Assembly (NCBI GenBank): GCA_032128875.1
Contig: JAVLKG010000007.1
Coordinates: 192,001 to 256,000 of the forward strand
Source of the DNA: Candidatus Melainabacteria bacterium 17Bon1m
GTDB taxonomy: Bacteria > Cyanobacteriota > Vampirovibrionia > Obscuribacterales > Obscuribacteraceae
DNA length: 64,000 bases
Reading direction: 5' to 3'
Each line of letters starts with the position of its first letter. Position 1 is the stretch's first letter. The notes under the pieces are model-generated. The model was not told the DNA's origin. It saw only the letters and a list, made by a program, of their open reading frames with translations, and searched no databases. Below, piece after piece: positions 50,022 through 57,554 of the stretch. A program made the translations under genes and the position numbers.

Positions 50022-50711
50022 TTAGTCGAAATTCCGCGTCATCGTGTACAGCGGACGGAGACCGAAGATGATCTCGTTGTCCAGGGTGTCTTCCTTGCCG
50101 CCCTCGATTGCCTGGTAGCGGATGAACTGCCAGACAGCCAGACCGGAGACGGTCTCGGCGGTGGGACCCACGGTGATCGACGTGCCGCAAGCGGAAACTT
50201 CCGCCTTGGCGTCGTCATAGAGGGTCGCTTCCCAGCCCTTCACCTGAGCGGGCTTGGTGGGGTTGAGCGTGTAGATGCGGCCCTCGGTCGCGCCCATGCG
50301 GGTCTCGATCATGAGCTTGGTGCGCATCTTGTAGCGGATGCCCTTGTTCCAGATCTCCTTGCGCGAAGCCATCGTGTCCGTGAGCAGGAACACGACGTCA
50401 CCGAGAGTCTGCGAACCATCGACGCGCTCGTTGTGCGTGTGGATCTTCAGACCGGTGGCAGCCTTCACGACTTCCGCCAGCGCCTCGACCTTGAGCTTGC
50501 CGATGTGCGACTGGTCGTAGGCCTGGTTGGCGATGTTGTGGGCCTCGACGATGTCGAAGTCCCAGACGTGGATGTTTTCCAAACCCAGCTTGGCCAGGCT
50601 CAGAACGATGCGCGAACCAGTTGCACCGGCGCCGATGACGTCGATGCGCTTGTTGCCGAACGCGTCACGCGAAAAGATTTCGACGTGTCGAGTGATATCG
50701 ACATTGTTCAT
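50022..50711 (-). CDS. ThiF/E1-family ubiquitin-like activating enzyme
   Basis: VIGAGATGS, DFDIVEAHNIANQ, IGKLKVEA, TDT...R, single Cys in SACG; AAGGAG RBS. Confidence 0.9.
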   Translation of the reverse strand: MNNVDITRHVEIFSRDAFGNKRIDVIGAGATGSRIVLSLAKLGLENIHVWDFDIVEAHNIANQAYDQSHIGKLKVEALAEVVKAATGLKIHTHNERVDGSQTLGDVVFLLTDTMASRKEIWNKGIRYKMRTKLMIETRMGATEGRIYTLNPTKPAQVKGWEATLYDDAKAEVSACGTSITVGPTAETVSGLAVWQFIRYQAIEGGKEDTLDNEIIFGLRPLYTMTRNFD

Positions 50712-50808
50712 GGTGTGTTCTCCTTCGAAAGAACAGCCGGACAGGCCTACGCTCGAAGAGCGCAGATCCGTTCGCGGCTGGACTTGTTAGGTTGCAGGTG
50801 TGAGCCTG

Positions 50809-52575
50809 TTACTGAGCGTCGTCCGGGAGCCGGTCGGCGCGGTTGTTGGGATTGGACGGCTTCGGACCCTTGTAGTTGGTGCTCCAGGGGTGCGACGGAT
50901 CGTTGCAGTTCTGGGGCGTGCAGCGCTTCTTAGGGCGCTCGGAAGTCGTCGACTGATAGGGCTGGGGTGGGGTGGGACCGCTCTCGAAGAGGCTGCCCAA
51001 CCAAGCGAAGAAACCTTTCTTCTCCTCGACTTGAGGACCGGCACCGCCCTTGTAGGCGCCGGGCTGACCATTAAAAGGGGTGCCACCCGGACGAATGTCC
51101 TTGCCGGTGGGAATCAGCTCGCCATCGACCACCTGGCTGCCGACATCGTCGGGGCCCGCGGTGGCGCCGGGAGCGCTCGCGTCGCCGGTACCGGCGGCGT
51201 TGTCACCCTTCTCATTGGCGCCGGGCTTGCCGTCGCCGTTGTTGTCATCGCTCTTGCCGAACCAGTTCTTGAACACCGTGAACGTGCGCTCCTTCACCTT
51301 CGCCTTGTACTCGGCGGTGACTTCGGCGCGCAGCTCAGCGCTGATAGCGAGCGGGTCTTCCTTCTTCGGCGCGGGCTTTTCGGCCTCGTCGCGGTTGAGG
51401 AAATTGCTCAAGCCGGACTTCTCGTCCTGCTGGCGAGCTTGCTCTTCCTGGCGCTCCTTCCAGGTGCTCTGGTAGCCGCCCTGGCTGTAGCCGTAGCCCG
51501 AGGGACGCTCGTCGCTACGACCACCCTGCCACCACTTGCGAGTGACGGTGCCGCGCTCGAGGATGACCCTGCCGCTCTCCGGGTCCATCACTCCCCACGG
51601 CACGTCGAGAAGACGGTAGCCGAGCTGGAAGTAGTAGACGTCGAAGCAGCCGCGGCCGAGCTTGTTGAAGATGCCGCGGATGTAGTATTCGTGGCCTTCG
51701 CGAGCGAAGCGCTGCATGGTGCTCTCGTCGGTGCCGGACGGGCTGGTGCCCATACGCACGTGCGAGTGACCCCAGAAGTGCAGCTTGTTGGACTTGTCCA
51801 AGCCTGCGTCGCCGGCTTCCAGAAGCTCGAGGATGAGCTTCTCGGTGCCCTGCACGGACAGCTCCGTCTCGGTCGGAGTGACTTCCTGTTCGACCAGGAA
51901 AACCTCTTCGATGAGGAAGTCGCCGTTGGGGCGCTTGCTGACGGTGCCGAGCCAGCCGACTTCCTTGGGCGCCAGCTCGACGTACAGGCACATGCGCTTG
52001 TACGCGTCGGGCGTCATGTAGACGGTCGGAGCCGGCGGGTCGAAGATGAGCTCAGCGCGCGTGTGCGGGTAGTGCGGCTTGAAGGGGCCTTCCGGCTCGC
52101 GGTAGACGTAGGACTTCTTCTCTTCCTTCTTCTCGCCGGCCTTGTCACCGCCGGTGGTGTCGCCGGTCTTGGCGGCATCGCCTTCCTTGGCAGCACCTTC
52201 GGACACGGTCGCGCCCTCGGACACCGCCGCGCCTTCGCTCACCGAGTTCAAGGGAGCGCTGGACGTCGGCAGCGGGGGCGGGACATTCGTGCTGGACGTA
52301 CCCGTCGTTGCACCGGAGGTGCCGTTCGATGCCGGAACGCGCGGGACGCTCGTGCCGCTGGGCTTGTCGCCCTTATAGACGGGCTTGCCGTCGCCGGAAT
52401 TGGTGTCCTTCTTGGCCGCGCCGCCGTTCAGCGGGAAGCCGAACAGCTTCTCGAAGAAGCCGGGACCGGACTCGATGTTCTCTTCATTCGGATTCACCGG
52501 GCGATTGGAGCCGGCGCCGTCGGACTCGGTCGTGCGAATGACCGGCTTTGCCGACTTGTTGTCGTCGTTATTCAT
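50809..52575 (-). CDS. JAB/MPN+ (JAMM) metallopeptidase with long disordered termini
   Basis: KEVGWLG ... WGHSHVRMGTSPSGTD fits E-xn-HxH-x7-S-x2-D; AGGAG RBS. Confidence 0.88.
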   Translation of the reverse strand: MNNDDNKSAKPVIRTTESDGAGSNRPVNPNEENIESGPGFFEKLFGFPLNGGAAKKDTNSGDGKPVYKGDKPSGTSVPRVPASNGTSGATTGTSSTNVPPPLPTSSAPLNSVSEGAAVSEGATVSEGAAKEGDAAKTGDTTGGDKAGEKKEEKKSYVYREPEGPFKPHYPHTRAELIFDPPAPTVYMTPDAYKRMCLYVELAPKEVGWLGTVSKRPNGDFLIEEVFLVEQEVTPTETELSVQGTEKLILELLEAGDAGLDKSNKLHFWGHSHVRMGTSPSGTDESTMQRFAREGHEYYIRGIFNKLGRGCFDVYYFQLGYRLLDVPWGVMDPESGRVILERGTVTRKWWQGGRSDERPSGYGYSQGGYQSTWKERQEEQARQQDEKSGLSNFLNRDEAEKPAPKKEDPLAISAELRAEVTAEYKAKVKERTFTVFKNWFGKSDDNNGDGKPGANEKGDNAAGTGDASAPGATAGPDDVGSQVVDGELIPTGKDIRPGGTPFNGQPGAYKGGAGPQVEEKKGFFAWLGSLFESGPTPPQPYQSTTSERPKKRCTPQNCNDPSHPWSTNYKGPKPSNPNNRADRLPDDAQ

Positions 52576-52590
52576 TGTCTTCTCCTGGGC

Positions 52591-53451
52591 TCAGGCTCTT
52601 GCGAGCGGCCATTTGTCGATGAACTTGCTCATGTCGTCTTCGCCGACGCTCTCGACGAACTGGATAGCCAGCTCGGCGACGGTGGCGAATTCGAATTGCG
52701 CGATGAGCTCGAGGAGGGTTTCCTTGATTTCATCGATGCAAGCCGTGCCGTCCGGGTAGACGCGAGGCGCGTTCATTCCGGGCTGCACTGTGCGTACGCG
52801 GCGAGTGCTGTTGAACCATCTGACACCGTCATCCAGACCATCGGTGCGGATGACGATCATGTATTCACCCAGCTCATGCTGTTTGCCAGACTTGGGATGG
52901 GTGGCGACGAGAGTCTCGGTGAAGACCAGAAGCGCACCGTTGGTGACGCGAACGGCCTTCACTTTGTCGACCGCCATCAGGCGATCGTACTCGTCCGAGA
53001 AGCGCTGCTTGAGCGCGTCTTCAGGAAGGTTGGTGGAACCAACGAAGTGGTGCCGGGCATTCTTCACGAAGACTTCTTGCGCGGGACCAAGCTTCTGCTT
53101 GCGACTGTTGATCTTCGCAACTGCCTGCTTGGCCATGTCGCCGAGTCGCGCGGAACACAGCTCGATGTACCGCGCACGCGATGCCAGCATGGTCGCGTCA
53201 TATTGACGCCCGCGCAAATTGGTCGTCGTCACCACCGTGGGCGCGGGAGTGAATGCGAGCGTGAGCTGGTAAAAACCTTCGTACTCGGTTTCTTTCTCTG
53301 TGGCAGTGGCGCCCAGCAGCTTGAGTGCTTGCTGGAGATGCGCCTCGCCGATGATGATCGAGACGTCGTCCCACGGGTAGTACACCACACCGTGGTCGTG
53401 CAGCATCTGCTTATCGTTTGCGTCCAGGTTTGGAACGATATAGCTCTTCAT
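52591..53451 (-). CDS. Short E2/UBC-like protein (Cys retained, PHV changed to PRV)
   Basis: C-terminal domain homologous to that of 53467..55371; APRVYPDGTACI; GGAGGAG RBS. Confidence 0.65.
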   Translation of the reverse strand: MKSYIVPNLDANDKQMLHDHGVVYYPWDDVSIIIGEAHLQQALKLLGATATEKETEYEGFYQLTLAFTPAPTVVTTTNLRGRQYDATMLASRARYIELCSARLGDMAKQAVAKINSRKQKLGPAQEVFVKNARHHFVGSTNLPEDALKQRFSDEYDRLMAVDKVKAVRVTNGALLVFTETLVATHPKSGKQHELGEYMIVIRTDGLDDGVRWFNSTRRVRTVQPGMNAPRVYPDGTACIDEIKETLLELIAQFEFATVAELAIQFVESVGEDDMSKFIDKWPLARA

Positions 53452-53466
53452 AGCTTTTCTCCTCCC

Positions 53467-55371
53467 TTACCTGGCGACAGGCCAGCTGGTGATGTAGGCG
53501 CCCCAGTTGTCGGCGACGTTCACCGACTCGACAAAGGCGATGGCGAGCTGCACCGCAGAGGCGAGCTCACGCTTTTGAATGAGCGACGGGAAGAGATCCC
53601 GAGTATTGCCCATGCAAGCGTTGCCGTTGGGATCGACGTGCGGAGCGTTCATGTTGCCGTTGCCACCAGGGACCTTGCGGGTTTTGTTGAACCACTTGAT
53701 CATGTTGGTGGAGATGTCGATTTTGATGTCGAACGCGCCGATCTCGTGCTTCAGTCCCGTGTTCGGGTTGACGCAGTAGAGAACATCGGTGCTGACGACA
53801 ATCACGTTGCCGTCCACGCGAACGCCATTGACGTTCGCCAGCGTGGTCAGCTCATCGAACTCGCGGCCGATTTCCTCAGCCGGAGCAGCTTGCAGGCGTA
53901 GGAAATCGAACTCTTCCACAAGTGCACCACGCAGGTGCGCATGGAATGTCGCCTGCGAAGCGTTCAGATCAGCAGCGCTGATCTTTTTCGATTTGCCGGC
54001 ATTGAACTGACGCGTGCATTCCTGCACGTAGTGATCCGCGACTTTGCGCGTGATCACATTGTTGTCCGCGTCCACTGCGCCCTGCACTTCTTTGCGCACT
54101 TCCAGCAACAGTTTGGCAGCCAGAGCCGCTTCCATCTTTGCACCGAAGTGGACGTAGTGCATGTGCAGGTAGAGATTGCGTCCAACAATCTCGCCGACGA
54201 TAAAGCCGTTGTCGTCGATGAGTGGCATGCCGTGAGCCGAGGGTGCGAAGGCGGTTTCGCGCTTGAGCATGCGATGCCCCCAGACTCGCTCCGGTGCCGT
54301 GAGACACGGTGCACCGATGGGCGAGGAGTGCATGAAGATGCGGAAATTGCCGTCGTTGACAGGCGTCGCGTTGAGCCCGTTGCAATCGCGAATGATCACG
54401 TTGGAATTGACGACCGGCGTGAGGATCTCGCGCACAAGTGACGACAGCACAACCAGCCGTCGGCCGGTGATGCCTTCGCCTTCTACGCGGAAGTCAGTCG
54501 TGTCGGCATTCTCCACCGCCTGATTCTCAGCTTTAACCGAGGCGATCAGGTCTTCGAGGAACTTGTCGGCAGCCAGTTCGCCGTGCACCTGCTGCAGAAT
54601 TCTGAGCAGAAGACCGGCTCGCGCCTTCAAGTTCTTACGCGTGACCAGGTCGAGGTGGACATACAAGTTGCTGTCCACCAGCTCGCCGAGCGCGAAGTTG
54701 GTGTTGGGCTCGATGATCGGCACGCCCGTTCCGGAAGCGCCGAACACCGTATGACCGGTGCTCATCTGCGCTCCGAGCAGCCTCTGCGGCGGAGTCACAC
54801 CACCTGCCAGATTCTGTGGCGTGCTGAAAAGATACAGATGGAATTTCCCGTCTGTTGCGGGAGCTGCGGCTTGACCGTTCTTCAGGTGAACGACGATGTC
54901 CTTCTTCACGCTGGGCATGAGAGCATCGTTCACCAGAGCTGCAAGGCGGCGGCGATTGAGCCGGCCTCTGAGGTCGTACCACTTGAGAGATCCAGCGACT
55001 TCGGTCTTGAAGCCGCTTAACGCGGGGTCGCGCCTTTCAGGGAAAGCGAGAACCGCTTCCTCGAATGCCCGACCGCTTGATGGGAAGACTTCGACCACGC
55101 GCGCTTTGAGCAGTCGCTTTGCCCTTGCAAATGACTGTGGGGAAAACGAGATACCGTCTTCTCCAGCTCCAGCGCTTGTTTGAGTGTAGGGGATCGAAGC
55201 CAGACGCAGCTTCTCCTTTTGCTCTTCGGTGAGCCAACGAACAAACACCTGAGAAGGTGTTCCTGGGCGACCAAAGAACAGGTGGAGATAATGCTGCGCA
55301 AAGGCGAGCAACCCGGCGACTATGAAGACGCCTGTGCCAGCCAACGCGAGAGTTTGCTGAAACTCGTTCAT
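53467..55371 (-). CDS. Membrane-anchored multidomain protein with C-terminal E2/UBC-like domain
   Basis: N-terminal hydrophobic helix; APHVDPNGNACMG matches E2 HPNIxxxGxICL spacing; Cys codon 53614-53616. Confidence 0.72.
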   Translation of the reverse strand: MNEFQQTLALAGTGVFIVAGLLAFAQHYLHLFFGRPGTPSQVFVRWLTEEQKEKLRLASIPYTQTSAGAGEDGISFSPQSFARAKRLLKARVVEVFPSSGRAFEEAVLAFPERRDPALSGFKTEVAGSLKWYDLRGRLNRRRLAALVNDALMPSVKKDIVVHLKNGQAAAPATDGKFHLYLFSTPQNLAGGVTPPQRLLGAQMSTGHTVFGASGTGVPIIEPNTNFALGELVDSNLYVHLDLVTRKNLKARAGLLLRILQQVHGELAADKFLEDLIASVKAENQAVENADTTDFRVEGEGITGRRLVVLSSLVREILTPVVNSNVIIRDCNGLNATPVNDGNFRIFMHSSPIGAPCLTAPERVWGHRMLKRETAFAPSAHGMPLIDDNGFIVGEIVGRNLYLHMHYVHFGAKMEAALAAKLLLEVRKEVQGAVDADNNVITRKVADHYVQECTRQFNAGKSKKISAADLNASQATFHAHLRGALVEEFDFLRLQAAPAEEIGREFDELTTLANVNGVRVDGNVIVVSTDVLYCVNPNTGLKHEIGAFDIKIDISTNMIKWFNKTRKVPGGNGNMNAPHVDPNGNACMGNTRDLFPSLIQKRELASAVQLAIAFVESVNVADNWGAYITSWPVAR

Positions 55372-55424
55372 ATGGGGTCCACCTATTAACGGCGACGCAC
55401 GGCCTCATAGAGAGACACTAAAGA

Positions 55425-55453
55425 GAAGTGGCTCCCCAAGCGGGAGCCACTTC
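55425..55453 (-). terminator. Stem-loop after the Ubl gene (weak terminator or mRNA stabiliser)
   Basis: GAAGTGGCTCCC-CAAGC-GGGAGCCACTTC perfect 12-bp stem, short UCUUU tail on the - strand. Confidence 0.6.
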
Positions 55454-55523
55454 GACCAACAATGTCACGTAGGAAGCCGTCGCACCTCAATGCCTTGAGA
55501 TAGCGACTGACGAGTTGACGGTC

Positions 55524-56285
55524 TTAGTTGCCGCGGACGGGGCGGAGCAAAAGAACCGTCTGGCCGTCGGTGACCGCAGTGGTCAGCGAAGCCGGCTGGC
55601 CGCTGACACGGATGTCGTAACCCGAAGCGTCGACCTCGGCCTGGCGCAGCACGGACTGGACGGTCCAGCTGTTGCCCTCGAGGACGAGCTTCTTGATGTT
55701 GCCGGGGACGCCGACGTTCACGGAGATCGTTCCGGTTGCGCCGCCGTTGTCCTTGTTCAGGTCGACGTTGCCGCGCACGGGGCGGAGCAAAAGAACCGTC
55801 TGACCGTCGGTGACCGCGGTGGTGAGCGAAGCCGGCTGACCGCTGACGCGGATGTCGTAGCCGGAAGCGTCGACCTCGGCCTGGCGCAGCACGGACTGGA
55901 CGGTCCAGCTGTTGCCTTCGAGAACGAGCTTCTTGATGTTGCCGGGAACACCGACGTTCACCGAGATGGTGCCGCCGTTGTTCTCGTTCTTGCCCAGGTC
56001 GACGTTGCCGCGAACGGGGCGGAGCAGAAGGACGGTCTGGCCGTCGGTGACAGGCGTATCGGCGTTGGACGGCTGACCGCTGACGCGGATGTCGTAGCCG
56101 TTGGCGTCGATTTCGGCGTACTTCAGGACGTCCTTGACGGTCCAGCCGTTGCCTTCGAGAACGAGCTTCTTGATGTTGCCGGGAACGCCGACATTCACGG
56201 AGATGGTGCCGACGGCAGCGGTATTGTTGGTGCCGGTGGCGGAATCGGTGGTCGTGGCCGTTTCGGGCTTGTTCAGGTTTGCCAT
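55524..56285 (-). CDS. Tandem tri-ubiquitin-like (beta-grasp) protein
   Basis: Three 68-aa units with beta-beta-alpha-beta pattern (ISVNV, KKLVL, TVxxVL, IRVSG, VTDGQTVLLL), each ending RPVRGN; AAGGAG RBS. Confidence 0.85.
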   Translation of the reverse strand: MANLNKPETATTTDSATGTNNTAAVGTISVNVGVPGNIKKLVLEGNGWTVKDVLKYAEIDANGYDIRVSGQPSNADTPVTDGQTVLLLRPVRGNVDLGKNENNGGTISVNVGVPGNIKKLVLEGNSWTVQSVLRQAEVDASGYDIRVSGQPASLTTAVTDGQTVLLLRPVRGNVDLNKDNGGATGTISVNVGVPGNIKKLVLEGNSWTVQSVLRQAEVDASGYDIRVSGQPASLTTAVTDGQTVLLLRPVRGN

Positions 56286-56464
56286 GATGTTTAGCTCCTT
56301 TGACTTCGTACGAGAGTGAGACCGTGATCAGGTCTCGGGGTTGGTGTGTTTCCTGCTCTGTCCACAGCAATCAAAAAACCCAAGCGCGCGCTACCCCGCA
56401 GCGGTACCGCTGGTGGTGACAACAAACTATCGAACGCGAATGGGGTTGAGAGGTGGGTGAAAGA

Positions 56465-56576
56465 GCGAAGGGAAAAACGAGGAAACACAGGATCATGTAA
56501 CTAGCAAAGAGGCTCTTGCTATTACAACGCGCGTATATGCATGCATGTTACCTGTTATGAAAAACTCTCGCGCGCA
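56465..56576 (-). promoter_or_regulatory. Probable promoter region of the Ubl operon, homologous to 60537..60640
   Basis: Collinear shared blocks GCGAA(A)GGGAAA, ACAGGATC(A)TGTA.CTA.CAA, GCATGT, CTCGCGCGC. Confidence 0.5.
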
Positions 56577-57035
56577 CAAACGTAGTTCTAATGAGCTTCT
56601 TGAGGTGCTGTCAAGAAATAGACTCTCGAAGATATACATATGCTTTCGAATGCTTTAACAGATTCAAAGCAGACTAGAGATTCGCGCAGTTAGATACGGG
56701 CGTGCGGAACCTTGATCTCTTGGCATTTTGTTGTTAATAGTTGTCAGTTGTTGGTGTTGCCTGTGGCGACAAGCATTTGATTGGTTTTCAAGAAAGTGGC
56801 TGTCAATAGATGTTTGGTGTGGTTTGTTTTCAAGTGCTAGCGCTGCTTTCCAAAGGTTGAAGGTCGCCGGACTGCTGCTTGACTAGTGGTTTCTCTATTC
56901 ATTTCTATATGACATCGCGAGCCAAAATTGGATTTGCCGTAACTTATTTCGTGCGCCTGAGGTATTGCTGATAGATATGCGGCTTCCTAAATAAGCAATC
57001 GCTACAGCTTTGGAGATGTCGGCTTCAATGACTGC

Positions 57036-57111
57036 TCTGCTCTTGTTACTGCTCTAATGACTCTTCTGCTCTTGTTATTGCTCTAATAACTCTTCTGCTC
57101 TTGTTACTGCT
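57036..57111. repeat. 29-bp tandem repeat x about 2.6
   Basis: TCTGCTCTTGTTAYTGCTCTAATRACTCT starting at 57036, 57065, 57094. Confidence 0.8.
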
Positions 57112-57132
57112 TGAATTACTGCTCGCCATGTA

Positions 57133-57304
57133 CTCCGAAATCCCGGGATTTTTCGGAGTACATGAAGAGCAGTTGCACAGCAAGCGTTTCCGGGTTTTTA
57201 GCCGTTTTGCGTAGCATCGAGATGAGATTTTGAGTCATGGTTTTATGGCCATTTCGGGACTTCTGAGGGTGTTTTCTCCTCCGAAAAATTCCGAGTTTTC
57301 GGAG
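57133..57304. promoter_or_regulatory. Two copies of palindrome CTCCGAAA-N10-TTTCGGAG
   Basis: 57133..57158 and 57279..57304: same arms and spacer length, different spacer sequence. Confidence 0.55.
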
Positions 57305-57459
57305 TGGATGGGCGAGTTGAAATTTCAGAATGGACTCAGGGAAAAACTCGAAGTCTCCGCAAATTTTGGTCGGGCACCGTATATGGTGCCAGGTTGATCA
57401 AATTTTTTTTGGGAAGTAATTCCGGTTAGGCGCTTAAAACGAAAAAGCAATAAAAGTGC

Positions 57460-57518
57460 AAAAAATGGAAGCCATGAGTACGAGTTTGCAAAACAAACTT
57501 GGTGTACTCATGGCTTCC
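57460..57518 (-). terminator. Intrinsic terminator after the second E2 pair
   Basis: GGAAGCCATGAGTAC/GTACTCATGGCTTCC 15-bp stem, A-rich run on the + strand. Confidence 0.75.
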
Positions 57519-57554
57519 CGAATTGATCAGATTTGGTTTGCTGTGACTCTCAGC

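Noticed and set aside
50800-53901. 1033-aa plus-strand ORF
   Set aside because: Antisense shadow of strongly biased minus-strand genes (JAB, E2s) that carry clear motifs and RBSs; the same applies to 47580..49700, 42196..43584 and 35639..36937.
50022-55371. CBASS type II (Cap2/Cap3)
   Set aside because: No CD-NTase or effector recognised; E1 and E2 are separate and a dedicated Ubl is present.
55527-56207. Ubl repeats as an assembly artefact or CRISPR-like array
   Set aside because: Units differ at synonymous sites, have different linkers and are in-frame coding.
50022-56285. Thiamine/molybdopterin sulfur-carrier (ThiS/MoaD + ThiF/MoeB) interpretation
   Set aside because: No cofactor-biosynthesis neighbours, E1 lacks CxxC and rhodanese, and E2-like genes sit between Ubl and JAB.
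57036-57111. 29-bp repeat as a CRISPR array
   Set aside because: Repeats are contiguous with no spacers; no cas genes in the window.
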